DNA of 64,000 nt from positions 22,415-86,414 of the forward strand of contig CAIMFV010000006.1 of NCBI GenBank assembly GCA_903840435.1, given 5' to 3'. The stretch comes from an uncultured Caulobacterales bacterium. Lineage in GTDB: Bacteria; Pseudomonadota; Alphaproteobacteria; Caulobacterales; Caulobacteraceae. The notes under the pieces were generated by a model, which ran no database searches, was not told the origin of the DNA, and was given only the letters and a program-made list of their open reading frames with translations. This document shows positions 9,463-19,581 of the stretch, piece by piece. A program made the position numbers and the translations under genes. How positions within the stretch are numbered: the first letter of the stretch is position 1; each line of letters starts with the position of its first letter.

Positions 9463-12400
9463 TCGTCCCCCTCATCGCTGGCCCATTCCTTCAGTCGCGC
9501 CAGATGGTCATAGTCGCTCGGCGTCTTGAGAAACTGCATGGCCGTTCGCGACGTATAAGGCGCCTCGCGCTGGTCGAATTCGGCAACCTTTTTTTGCAGG
9601 CCCGCCAAGGCTTCCTCAGCAAGGCTTGTGGCGGTGGCGTCATCCTTGTCGCGACGCACCACTTTTCCGGGTGGGTCTCTGCCGGTCAAGCGAACATAGT
9701 CGAGGTGGCCTGGGGTTGCGCCCTTGATCCTGTCAAAGCCATCGGCCTGGACGATGGCGGCGGTGAGCGACAACTGGGGTGAAAAACCGGATTTGATCTG
9801 CGCAAAGGTGGGCTCCTGACCGGTCTTGAAATCGATGATGTCGGCGCGCCCCTCCTTGACCTCGATCCGGTCGGCCCGTGCTGTGACGGTAAACTTCCCC
9901 CCCGGCGCGGCGAAGGTCAGACGGCCTGTGCATTCTACGTCTACCCGAACGCCCATCCCACGGCGCTGGCGCTCGAAGTCGCTTATCCACGCGCCGATCT
10001 GACGCCCTAGCGCCGCTTCTCGCACCAAATCGACGTCGGGCGCCCCGGCCGCCTTCAAGGCGTCGAGATAGAGGGTGGTGAAGTGCAGTTCGGCGTCGGC
10101 CCCCGGCCAGGGCCAGCCCTTGGCGAAGCTTTCCGTTGCCGCGTGGATGGCGGTGCCGCGCACGCGATTGTCAAACGCCCGGTCGGGTCTGTCGAGGGCG
10201 CGTAGCCGCAGAATATAGCGGGCATAAACTGCATAGGGGTCGCGGGTCCAGGTTTCGACAGCCGTGACGGGCAGTTCGCGCGGGCGGACGCCAACCGGCG
10301 GCGTTGGCTCAGGCCGCCGCGCTGGTTCCAGGGCGGCAGGAGCCGTCTCCAGCGCACGATCAAGCTCGGCCTGGGCCGCCATCAGATCGGGTCGCGTGGA
10401 CAGGCCGATTTTGGCACCGCGCGCCAAGGTCTCGAGCCGCCACAGCCATCGCGACTTGACAGCGGGCGCACCGTCACGCCGCTCGCGGGTTATCAGCAGC
10501 ACGTCTGGCGCGCACGCGGCCTGGGCGAAGTCGTGGGCGGAGAGGCCGATCTTGCGTTCGGGCGTCGGCAGGTCGAGCGCTTTGCGCATGGCCCGCGACA
10601 GAAACGGGTCAAGACCACCTGGGCGCGGCCAAACGCCTTCTTCCAGTCCAGCCAGAATAACCAAATCCGCCCGGACCATCCGGCCTTCCATGGCGCCGAG
10701 GATACGTAAGCGTGGGTGGGTGGCGCCGCCGACTCGCACGGTCTCTTCGGCAAGCCATTGGTCGAGCAGTCTGGCAAAGGCCTCTGGCCCGCAGGCGGGA
10801 AGCACATGGCCATCGCGTAAAATTGTTGCCACGAGGGCCGCCGCCGATTCGCCTTCTGGGCCCGCCCAAAGCTCGCCGGTCACGCCTTTTTCGTTGACAG
10901 CTAGGATTTCAACCGCCTCGACCAGTTGGCGTATCGCCTCTGGCGCGGCTGCCTTGCCGGCGGCAAAGGCCGAAGCGGCGTGGGCAATGGCGGTGAGCAA
11001 GTTTTCGGCACAGCCAAGCGCGTCTGGGCTACTGGCAAGGCGCGCCCGCAGTTGATCGGCATCGCGGGGGCGAGGGCCCCGCAGGGCCAAGCGCTCGACC
11101 TCGCGGGCCTGCCCGGCCAATGTCAGCTCCGCTGCGCCGAGCCGAGTGAAGCGATGCTTGAGCACGGCTAAGAGCAGCACCGGATTGAGCGGGTCGCAGG
11201 CGGCGCGGGCGACGAGGCTCAATATCACGCCGACGGGAAATTCAGCCAAGGCCCGACCAGCCGAATCGTCGGGCGTAATCCCCCATCGCGAGAGGGTGGC
11301 GCTGACCCTGCGGCTCAAAGCGGCGTCGGGCGTCAAAAGGGCCGCCGTCCGACCGGGGGTTTCAAGCGTCTCCCGCAGGGCAAGCGCGATCAATTCCGCC
11401 GCCACGCGATCATCGCGCGCAGCCATCACCTTCAATCCCGCCAATCCTTCGGCCACAGGATCGACGCCTGCCTTCTCACCCTCGGCACGAAGCCCTGCAA
11501 TGGCGGAGAGCCAATCATCTGTCGCTTCGGCGGGGCGCAAGGCCTCGTTCACCACCTTGCGGCGAGACCGCCCGGCCACGGCTTGCGCCGGGGGCTCATG
11601 GCTTGGCCAGACATTGACTTGCGCTCTCGTGACACCGACCCGCTCAAGCAAGCGTTTCAGCGCCAATTGGGGGTGGGCGTCACCGATTTGGTCCCAGACG
11701 GTCTCGTCGAGGTCCTGATCGAGGCCCGGAAGCACCACCAAACCTTGCGGGGCCGACGCGACCACCTTGAGGAGGGCCGCCGTCGCCGGAGCCGAGCCCG
11801 TTGAACCCGCCGCGATCAGCGGACGCGTCGGCGGGGCAAGCGTCCAGGCCTCGGCCAGAGCGCGCAACAGCCGCGTCCGCCGCTCCATCACATCAATCAG
11901 GCCAAGCGTCCGTAAGCGCTTGGGCCAAAGGTCGACCGCCAAGGCCAAGAGGCGTGAGGTTTTGCGCCAGTGTTCGGCCAGATCTGCCTCGACAAGGCGC
12001 TCTAACCGACCTTCAACTGAGACCTCTTCAATCTGGACGGAATCGAGAAAGCCTCCCAAGGCGTCCGCGAGTTCGAGTGCATGCCCGGTCGAGATGTCGT
12101 GCTGGTCGAGCACATGGGCGTTGTCACAGATCAATCGCGCCAGCTCGAAGCGCCGCCGTAGCGGACTGACGGCGGGGGGGAGATCAAGCGCGAGATCGCC
12201 AGGCTCAAATGGCGGCTCTCCGTCTTCTAAATCACCCAGAGCGCGAATTTGTGGCAGCAGGGTCGCCTGCCCGCCTGAGGCGGTGACGAAAGCCTCGGTC
12301 AGGGCGCGCATGCCACGACGGGTCGGGGTGAGCACAATAGCGTCCGACAGGGCCTCGGGCCCGATGGGCAACAGCGCGTCGACCAGGCCTTGCGCCAAAT

Positions 12401-12512
12401 CGACGACAAACGGGCGATGGGCAGGAATATTGAACCAGCGGAACGGCGCGCGAAACAGCCTGGGATAGAGGGGCTCCTCCAAAGGCAGGTTGGCCAGTCC
12501 AGAGCCGCTCAT
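9459..12512 (-). CDS. addB: Double-strand break repair protein AddB
   Basis: 1017 aa, 4-bp overlap with addA start, C-terminal PD-(D/E)xK / Fe-S region (RIDRIEV..DYKTG-like DFKTG); alphaproteobacterial addB-addA order. Confidence 0.85.
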   Translation of the reverse strand: MSGSGLANLPLEEPLYPRLFRAPFRWFNIPAHRPFVVDLAQGLVDALLPIGPEALSDAIVLTPTRRGMRALTEAFVTASGGQATLLPQIRALGDLEDGEPPFEPGDLALDLPPAVSPLRRRFELARLICDNAHVLDQHDISTGHALELADALGGFLDSVQIEEVSVEGRLERLVEADLAEHWRKTSRLLALAVDLWPKRLRTLGLIDVMERRTRLLRALAEAWTLAPPTRPLIAAGSTGSAPATAALLKVVASAPQGLVVLPGLDQDLDETVWDQIGDAHPQLALKRLLERVGVTRAQVNVWPSHEPPAQAVAGRSRRKVVNEALRPAEATDDWLSAIAGLRAEGEKAGVDPVAEGLAGLKVMAARDDRVAAELIALALRETLETPGRTAALLTPDAALSRRVSATLSRWGITPDDSAGRALAEFPVGVILSLVARAACDPLNPVLLLAVLKHRFTRLGAAELTLAGQAREVERLALRGPRPRDADQLRARLASSPDALGCAENLLTAIAHAASAFAAGKAAAPEAIRQLVEAVEILAVNEKGVTGELWAGPEGESAAALVATILRDGHVLPACGPEAFARLLDQWLAEETVRVGGATHPRLRILGAMEGRMVRADLVILAGLEEGVWPRPGGLDPFLSRAMRKALDLPTPERKIGLSAHDFAQAACAPDVLLITRERRDGAPAVKSRWLWRLETLARGAKIGLSTRPDLMAAQAELDRALETAPAALEPARRPEPTPPVGVRPRELPVTAVETWTRDPYAVYARYILRLRALDRPDRAFDNRVRGTAIHAATESFAKGWPWPGADAELHFTTLYLDALKAAGAPDVDLVREAALGRQIGAWISDFERQRRGMGVRVDVECTGRLTFAAPGGKFTVTARADRIEVKEGRADIIDFKTGQEPTFAQIKSGFSPQLSLTAAIVQADGFDRIKGATPGHLDYVRLTGRDPPGKVVRRDKDDATATSLAEEALAGLQKKVAEFDQREAPYTSRTAMQFLKTPSDYDHLARLKEWASDEGDE

Positions 12513-13282
12513 CGCCTGCGCCCCGCATAGGACAGGAGGGCTTCATCGAAGCTCATCTGGTTCTTCAACACCGCTTCCGCCCAATGATGGGCCTGCGGAT
12601 CGCCGACATGCATCCAGTCGCCCTCGAGATGGGCGCCGAATAATCGACCCTCTCGGCTCATCTCACCCCAAAGCGGCGCGAGCCCAAAGCGCGAATGCGG
12701 CTCTTGGTAGATCGGCTCAAGCCGGGTGGCATGCAGTCCGACATAGGCAAACGGCGCCTCTGCGGCGCCCGCCACCTGGCGGCGCGGGGTCAGCCGTCCG
12801 GAGGAATCTTGGAAAAAATCGCCGGGTCCGTCAAAACCGAGCGCGCGCGATGTGGGCGTCAGCAGTAAGAGCGCATCCATGGTTTGCTGGTCAAAATCGG
12901 CGATCAGCCGCGCCACTGGATCTTGACCTATTAGGCGCCAGACCGAGTCGATATTGGCGACCAAGATGGGCGCGTCGCCGAGCAAGTCTTTGGCGTGCTT
13001 GACGCCGCCGCCAGTCTCAAGCGGGGCGTCGATTTCGCGGCTGAACGCGATATCGGGTCCGCCTTTGCGGGCGCGCAGGTGGTGCTCAAGCTCATCTGCA
13101 AAGGCGTGCAGATTGACCACGACCCGCGTGATCCCCCCCGCCACTAGGCGATCAAGCATATGATCGATCAGGCTCTGGCCTGCCACCTGAACCAGGGCCT
13201 TGGGACGGTCAAGGGTCAGCGGTCGCAGGCGCGTTCCAAGGCCAGCAGCCAACACCATGGCGGTGGTGATCTTGCCGCTCAC
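12509..13282 (-). CDS. murU: Nucleotidyltransferase, MurNAc-alpha-1-P uridylyltransferase-like (peptidoglycan recycling)
   Basis: N-terminal LAAGLGTRLRPLT sugar-nucleotidyltransferase motif; conserved pairing with upstream AmgK-like kinase and tsaE. Confidence 0.75.
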   Translation of the reverse strand: MSGKITTAMVLAAGLGTRLRPLTLDRPKALVQVAGQSLIDHMLDRLVAGGITRVVVNLHAFADELEHHLRARKGGPDIAFSREIDAPLETGGGVKHAKDLLGDAPILVANIDSVWRLIGQDPVARLIADFDQQTMDALLLLTPTSRALGFDGPGDFFQDSSGRLTPRRQVAGAAEAPFAYVGLHATRLEPIYQEPHSRFGLAPLWGEMSREGRLFGAHLEGDWMHVGDPQAHHWAEAVLKNQMSFDEALLSYAGRRR

Positions 13283-14385
13283 GCGCGGTGCTCCTGTGGC
13301 ACGTGGCGATCAAACCACGACCTCAGTCCCTCAAGGCCCGGCGTGGTGAGATTGCGTTCCAAGGCCCGCCAGGTGCGTGGCATGAAGTCGACATAGCGCG
13401 GCTTGCCAAAGCCCGCGACCTGGCGGGCAAAGATAAAGAGGATGCGCGCGGCGTTTAGGGCCGCAAGGCCGTGATAGGCATAGAGAAATTCCGTCCGCTC
13501 CAGGCTCGGGCGGCTGGCCAAAAATTCGGTCAGCATGGCCCCTTCAAGCTCCGGCGCCACATCGCGGCGGGCGTCTTGCAGGAGGTGCAAAAGGTCCCAG
13601 GCGGGATGGGCCTTCACCGCATCTTGGAAGTCGATCAGCCCGACCCGGCGCAAACCCTCACGGTCGGGCAGCCAGATTAGGTTTTCGGCGTGGTAGTCAC
13701 GGTGCGAGAAGACACCAGCGCTGCCCATGGCGGCCCGATGACCCAAAGCGCGAACCGGCGTCCAAAGTGCGTCCCACTCGGCGATCGCTGCATCGGTAAA
13801 GGCCGGGAGGTTGGCGTATTTCGGCCACCATTCAAGGAAGTGATCGCAACCCGTGCGCAGTGCCAAATCATCATAAGGAAGGAGAGGCCAGCGCCCGCCG
13901 GGATAGGCAAGCCAAGCGGGCGGTGGCTCGGCTTGCAGTCTTGCCAGGACCCGCACCGCTTCTGTGTAGAGGGGAAGGGCAGGCTCACCTTGCGCAATCC
14001 GGCGGGCGAAAAGCGCGTCACCCAGATCTTCGAGCACGAGGAAGCCCCGCTTGGCATCCATGGCTTCGATACGCGGCGCTGACAGGCCCAAGCTCCGCAG
14101 GTGGTCGGCCACGGCGACGAAGGCCTCAACCCGGCAGGCGGACAGCCGTGCTAGGGCATTATAGCCAAGCGCCTGGCGTTCGGTCTCTGTCGCTTCGGGG
14201 CCCGCCGGTTCCGCCTCTGCCGACGGTGGCGCGTCCATAAAAATCAAGCTGCCGCCATTGGGCAGGGTGAGCCGTTCGTAGGCGCGGGTTGAGGCGTCAC
14301 CACTCATCGGGGTCCGGATCGCGGCAGCGAAACCCGCCTGATGAAGAAATTCGCGCCGCTCGTCCTCTCGCGCCACTCCCGTCAT
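13279..14385 (-). CDS. amgK: Aminoglycoside-phosphotransferase-fold kinase, anomeric MurNAc/GlcNAc kinase AmgK-like
   Basis: APH-family motifs (HRDYHAENLIW, DFQDA); start placed at ATG abutting tsaE stop; tsaE-amgK-murU synteny. Confidence 0.7.
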   Translation of the reverse strand: MTGVAREDERREFLHQAGFAAAIRTPMSGDASTRAYERLTLPNGGSLIFMDAPPSAEAEPAGPEATETERQALGYNALARLSACRVEAFVAVADHLRSLGLSAPRIEAMDAKRGFLVLEDLGDALFARRIAQGEPALPLYTEAVRVLARLQAEPPPAWLAYPGGRWPLLPYDDLALRTGCDHFLEWWPKYANLPAFTDAAIAEWDALWTPVRALGHRAAMGSAGVFSHRDYHAENLIWLPDREGLRRVGLIDFQDAVKAHPAWDLLHLLQDARRDVAPELEGAMLTEFLASRPSLERTEFLYAYHGLAALNAARILFIFARQVAGFGKPRYVDFMPRTWRALERNLTTPGLEGLRSWFDRHVPQEHRA

Positions 14386-14909
14386 TTGGCCGTCCCTTTG
14401 TCGATAAAACTCAGCCGGTCCTGCCATGCTCCAAAACCGGTAGCGACTAAGAGGCGCGCCGACGACTCATGGGCGTCATCATCTTTTCGCGTCTCTGAGG
14501 CAAATTCTAGCTCCAGCCGTGTCGCAGGGGCCAAATCACCCAAGCGCTCGGGCCATTCAATCAGCGTCACCGCATGGTGGAAGGCGTCTTCAATATCGAG
14601 CTCATAGACGTCTTCGGCGTCAGACAGACGATAGAGGTCGAGGTGCCAGAGATCAAATTGCGGGGTCGGGTAGGTTTGAACCAGGGTAAAGGTCGGGCTG
14701 GGGGCTTCTTCCTCGGGCGTGGTCAAGGCGCGGATGACCGCCCGGGCAAAGGTGGATTTGCCCGCGCCGAGCGCGCCGCGCAGAAAGACAACGTCGCCAA
14801 CCTGCAATACCAAAGCGAGGCGGTGTGCCAGACTTTCGGTCTCGGAGCGGTCTTCCAACCGCAGTCGTTGAATTTTGGCCGCGTTCGTCATGGACGAAGC
14901 CTTTTTCAT
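14382..14909 (-). CDS. tsaE: tRNA threonylcarbamoyladenosine biosynthesis ATPase TsaE
   Basis: GALGAGKSTF P-loop, about 160-175 aa, typical YjeE/TsaE. Confidence 0.8.
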   Translation of the reverse strand: MKKASSMTNAAKIQRLRLEDRSETESLAHRLALVLQVGDVVFLRGALGAGKSTFARAVIRALTTPEEEAPSPTFTLVQTYPTPQFDLWHLDLYRLSDAEDVYELDIEDAFHHAVTLIEWPERLGDLAPATRLELEFASETRKDDDAHESSARLLVATGFGAWQDRLSFIDKGTAK

Positions 14910-14977
14910 GGGCTATCGGCCCTTAGCAAGTGAAACTCGACGCGCATGTCGACTGAGATGCTGCCAGGGGGAAATTC

Positions 14978-16225
14978 TTGATCCAGACCAGTGGCCGGAT
15001 CGTCATTGTTGGAGCAGGGCACGCCGGGGGAACGGTGGCGGCCTTGCTGCGCCAATATGGCTGGCAGGGGCCGATCACTCTGCTGGGCGACGAGCCGATA
15101 GCCCCCTATCAGAGGCCGCCCTTGTCCAAGGCGTGGCTGAAGGGAGAGGCAGATGCGGAGAGCTTGGCGCTCAAGCCGCTAAGCTTTTACGCCGAGGCGG
15201 GAATTGACCTGCGTCTAGACACCCAGGCGACCTCGGCCGATGCCAACCAAAAGGTCGTCGCACTCGCCTCTGGCGAACAGATCGGGTTTGACCATCTCAT
15301 TCTCGCCACCGGCGCCGCTGCGCGCAAACTGCCGATTGCGGGCGGCGATCTGCGGGGCGTGCTTAGCCTGCGCACAGCCGCCGATGCCGAAGCGCTCAAG
15401 GCCGCCCTTGGCCCCGGGAAAACCCTTGCCGTGGTGGGCGGGGGCTATGTGGGTCTCGAAGCGGCGGCGTCAGCCCGTGCTTTGGGGGCTGAGGTGGTGG
15501 TGATCGAGCGGGAGGCGCGCATCCTCGCCCGGGTGGCGGGCGCTGTCCTGTCTGACTTTTTTCAATCCTATCACGCGGCGCGCGGCGTGACCTTTATCTG
15601 TGCGGCAGGCGTTGAGGCCTTTGAGGGAGTTGGCGACCAGTTTGCTGGCGTCCGATTGGCTGATGGGCGTTTGATCGCCGCTGACGCGGCTCTCGTCGGT
15701 GTTGGCGCCTCGCCTAACATCGGCTTGGCCCGTCAAATGGGGTGCGCCTGCGGCCAAGGGGTGATTATCGATTTGAACGCCATGACCAGTGTGGCGGATG
15801 TCTATGCGATCGGCGATTGTACCGAAAGGCCCTTGCCGCTCTACGGCGTTCAGGGGCGCTTGGAGAGCGTGCCCAATGCCCTGGAGCAGGCCAAACAGGC
15901 CGCAGCCCATCTGTGCGGACGCCCAGCACCGGCGCCCGAAGCCCCGTGGTTTTGGTCAGATCAGTATGACCTGAAGCTCCAAATTGCCGGACTTCCCCTG
16001 CACGCGGTGCGGGCGGTGATGCGCGGCGCGCCCCCGGAAAATCCCATGGACCCGGCAAGGTTTGCAATTTTCCATTTGGACGCCGAAAATCACGTCCAAG
16101 CGGTCGAGGCCATCAATGCGCCAGCAGAATTTATGATGGGCCGCCAAGTTTTGAGCTCGCGCAAGGCCGTTTCGCCTGAAAAACTCGCCGATATGTCAAT
16201 CTCTATGAAGGAGGTCGCAGTCTAA
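14978..16225 (+). CDS. FAD-dependent NAD(P)H:ferredoxin oxidoreductase (putidaredoxin/rubredoxin reductase family)
   Basis: IVIVGAGHAGG and VVGGGYVGLE dinucleotide-binding motifs; immediately followed by 2Fe-2S ferredoxin. Confidence 0.8.
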   Translation: MIQTSGRIVIVGAGHAGGTVAALLRQYGWQGPITLLGDEPIAPYQRPPLSKAWLKGEADAESLALKPLSFYAEAGIDLRLDTQATSADANQKVVALASGEQIGFDHLILATGAAARKLPIAGGDLRGVLSLRTAADAEALKAALGPGKTLAVVGGGYVGLEAAASARALGAEVVVIEREARILARVAGAVLSDFFQSYHAARGVTFICAAGVEAFEGVGDQFAGVRLADGRLIAADAALVGVGASPNIGLARQMGCACGQGVIIDLNAMTSVADVYAIGDCTERPLPLYGVQGRLESVPNALEQAKQAAAHLCGRPAPAPEAPWFWSDQYDLKLQIAGLPLHAVRAVMRGAPPENPMDPARFAIFHLDAENHVQAVEAINAPAEFMMGRQVLSSRKAVSPEKLADMSISMKEVAV

Positions 16226-16237
16226 AGAAGGCTGTGA

Positions 16238-16573
<336 letters not shown>

Positions 16574-16603
16574 ACGGGGCGAGGTCCCTCCGGACCTCTC
16601 GAC

Positions 16604-17401
16604 TTAATTTTTTTGCATCACCGCTAAGATTCGGGCGGACGACGGTCTGCCCGCAAAGCCCTTGGCGGGGTTCAAGGTGATGACCATGATGGGCCCCCGG
16701 GTCCGCGCGTCGGCGTCGCGACCGGTGGTGAACCGGACCCGTTCGATATGAGACGCCGCAAGCCGACCGCTCGGGCCACGATAGCCTAGACGCAAAAAGG
16801 CGTCGGCGGTGGTCGCAGCCGCGTCGGCGATCACGGCGCTCGAGTCCGGCTCAAGATCATGGGGCGTTAGGTCTTGCGCCTCGAACACCACCAGATGCTG
16901 GGCGGCATGGCTGGCGCGGACGCTTGCCTGGACCAAGGCTTGAAACAGGGCGTTCGGATTGGGAACAGGCGCCAGCCGCAGAGGGGGCGCCTCGCCGATA
17001 AAGGCCGCCGCCGAGCCGGTCGGGTGACGCCAAGAGAACAGGGTGAGGCCGCCGATGCGTGTGGCGCGTAGGACCGGTTCGCCCATGTCGTTCTTGTAGA
17101 TCACATCGCCGCGCGGCGCCGAGACCGGGTGAAGGGTCCAGACCTCAGAACTATCGCCATAGCGCACCAGAAGCGTCTGGGGATCGGCGCGGTCGACAAT
17201 GAAGCCGTCGCCGGCATCGACGCCGTAACGCCCTGGCGCCAGCCCTGCCTTTGGTCCGTGGCCGAACAGGAAATCGCCAAGCGACGGAGGATCGAAGGCC
17301 GCGGCGGCGCCCGCATGGAAAATAAACGCTGCAAAAAAGACCAACCTCGCCGAGGCGAGGAGGCGCCCTGACGCTTTACTCAGACTTGCTATCCTTCGCA
17401 T
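16604..17401 (-). CDS. Hypothetical exported protein
   Basis: N-terminal signal-peptide-like hydrophobic stretch; no recognisable catalytic motifs. Confidence 0.45.
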   Translation of the reverse strand: MRRIASLSKASGRLLASARLVFFAAFIFHAGAAAAFDPPSLGDFLFGHGPKAGLAPGRYGVDAGDGFIVDRADPQTLLVRYGDSSEVWTLHPVSAPRGDVIYKNDMGEPVLRATRIGGLTLFSWRHPTGSAAAFIGEAPPLRLAPVPNPNALFQALVQASVRASHAAQHLVVFEAQDLTPHDLEPDSSAVIADAAATTADAFLRLGYRGPSGRLAASHIERVRFTTGRDADARTRGPIMVITLNPAKGFAGRPSSARILAVMQKN

Positions 17402-17466
17402 GCGCGCTGACTACCAAAAGAGTAGGGCGCCTTTTTGACCAGTTCGCGGGCCCGGAACGCGCGCGC

Positions 17467-18195
17467 TTAGCTGGCGAAATACTGTCCGCCATTGGCTGTG
17501 ATGGTCGCACCGGTGATAAAGCTGGCATCGTCCCGGGCGAGGAAGGCGACACAGGCGGCGATTTCTGCCGCGCTCCCCAACCGCCCGACAGGAATACCGG
17601 CAATGATTTTTTCCAAAACCGCTTGCGGCACGGCGGAAACCATTTCGGTGTCGATATAGCCAGGCGCCACGCAATTGACCGTCACGCCCTTGGACGCGGT
17701 TTCTTGCGCCAGCGCCTTTGTAAAGCCGATGACCCCCGCCTTGGCGGCAGAATAGTTGGTCTGGCCCATCTGGCCCTTTTGGCCATTGATGGAACTGATA
17801 TTGATGATGCGCCCAAAGCCCGCGGTGCGCATCCCGTCGATCACTTGGCGGCTCATATTGAACAGCGAGGCCAGATTGACGAAGATCACTTCGTTCCACT
17901 GCTCTTTGGTCATTTTGTGCAGCATGGCGTCGCGGGTGATGCCCGCATTATTGACCAGGATTTCCACCGGACCGAGCTTGGCCTCGACCTCCTTTACCGC
18001 CCGCACGCAGTCGTCAAAATCGCCAACATTGCCCTTGACGATCTCAACGCCAAGCTCTGCCGCGCAGGCCTTGGCGGCCTCGTCATTGCCAGCATAACCG
18101 GCGCAGACCCGATAGCCATCCGCCTTGAGGCGCGCGGTGATGGCCTTGCCAATCCCACGTGTTCCGCCCGTTACCAGGGCCACTCTTCCCGTCAT
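17467..18195 (-). CDS. phaB: Acetoacetyl-CoA reductase (SDR family)
   Basis: VALVTGGTRGIGKAI, NAGITRD, YSAAKAG SDR motifs; adjacent to thiolase. Confidence 0.85.
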   Translation of the reverse strand: MTGRVALVTGGTRGIGKAITARLKADGYRVCAGYAGNDEAAKACAAELGVEIVKGNVGDFDDCVRAVKEVEAKLGPVEILVNNAGITRDAMLHKMTKEQWNEVIFVNLASLFNMSRQVIDGMRTAGFGRIINISSINGQKGQMGQTNYSAAKAGVIGFTKALAQETASKGVTVNCVAPGYIDTEMVSAVPQAVLEKIIAGIPVGRLGSAAEIAACVAFLARDDASFITGATITANGGQYFAS

Positions 18196-18248
18196 CGTCC
18201 ATCTCCCGCGCAGGTTTTATCGTTGTCGTATTGGATAGAGGTGAGCGA

Positions 18249-19430
18249 TTAGCGTTCCACGCAGAGCGCCACGCCCATGCCGCCGCCGACGCACAAGGTG
18301 GCGGCGCCCTTTTTCGCCCCTGACTTAGCCATTTCGTGCAGCAGAGTTGTCAGGATCCGCGCACCGGACGCGCCGATTGGGTGACCAATGGCGATGGCGC
18401 CGCCATTGACATTGACCTTGGCCGGGTCAAGCCCAAGCTCGCGCACGACGCAAAGCGATTGGGCGGCAAAGGCCTCGTTCGATTCGATCAAATCCAAGTC
18501 CGCAACAGACCAACCGGCCTTAGCAAGCGCCTTGCGCATGGCAGGGATGGGACCGGTGCCCATGATATCAGGTTCGACGCCCGCATTGGCCCAAGAGGCG
18601 ATCCGGGCCATAGGTGTCAGGCCGCGCCTTTGGGCTTCGGCGGCGGTCATCAGCACCAGCGCCGCCGCGCCGTCATTCAGGCCCGAGGCATTGGCCGCCG
18701 TGACCGAACCGTCCTTGGTGAAGGCAGGGCGAAGGCCAGCCACGCTGTCATAGGTGGCGCCGTGGCGGATATATTCATCCTCCGACACCACCACATCGCC
18801 CTTGCGGCCCTTGAGGGTTACCGGCGCGATTTCGTCTTTGAAGCGTCCGGCCTTTTGAGCCGCTTCTGCCTTGTTCTGCGAGGCGACAGCAAAATGGTCT
18901 TGGTCTTCGCGGGTGATTTGCCAGCGCGCGGCGATATTTTCTGCCGTCTGTCCCATATGATAACCGTGGAAGGCATCCCACAGGCCGTCCTTGATCATGG
19001 TGTCGACCAGCCCAAGGTCACCCATCTTCTGGCCATTGCGCAGGTGGGCCGCGTGGGGCGCTTGGCTCATGCTTTCCTGACCGCCCGCCACCACAATTTG
19101 AGCGTCGCCTTGGGCGATCTGTTGGTAGCCCAGTGCGACAGCGCGCAATCCTGAGCCGCAGAGTTGATTAAGGCTCCAGGCAGGGGCTTCGATCTTGACA
19201 CCCGCCTTCACCGCCGCCTGCCGGGCGGGGCCCTGACCGGCGCTGGCTTGCAGCACCTGACCCAGAATCACCTCGTCAACCTCATCGCCCGAAACGCCAG
19301 CGCGCGCTAAGGCCGCGACGATGGCGGTTCGACCCAGTTCCGATGCGGCAGCGGCGGCCAACGCCCCGTTGAACGATCCGACCGGAGTCCGGGCGGCGGA
19401 GACAATGACGATGTCGGGGGTGGTGCTCAT
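18249..19430 (-). CDS. phaA: Acetyl-CoA C-acetyltransferase (beta-ketothiolase)
   Basis: Thiolase signature ([33 protein letters not shown]-terminal CVGGGMG); start at [10 protein letters not shown]. Confidence 0.9.
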   Translation of the reverse strand: MSTTPDIVIVSAARTPVGSFNGALAAAAASELGRTAIVAALARAGVSGDEVDEVILGQVLQASAGQGPARQAAVKAGVKIEAPAWSLNQLCGSGLRAVALGYQQIAQGDAQIVVAGGQESMSQAPHAAHLRNGQKMGDLGLVDTMIKDGLWDAFHGYHMGQTAENIAARWQITREDQDHFAVASQNKAEAAQKAGRFKDEIAPVTLKGRKGDVVVSEDEYIRHGATYDSVAGLRPAFTKDGSVTAANASGLNDGAAALVLMTAAEAQRRGLTPMARIASWANAGVEPDIMGTGPIPAMRKALAKAGWSVADLDLIESNEAFAAQSLCVVRELGLDPAKVNVNGGAIAIGHPIGASGARILTTLLHEMAKSGAKKGAATLCVGGGMGVALCVER

Positions 19431-19581
19431 GACGTTTTCTTCCACAACCAGAGCTTGATGGGCTTTGTCCGGAGACGGTCGCTCCGTTTTGCATGAAATT
19501 GCACGGTTCCGACCGCCGCGTCACCCAAGAAGCGACACGGCGGTCTAGAATTTTAGTCTTAAAGTTTAGGTCCGCTCGGCC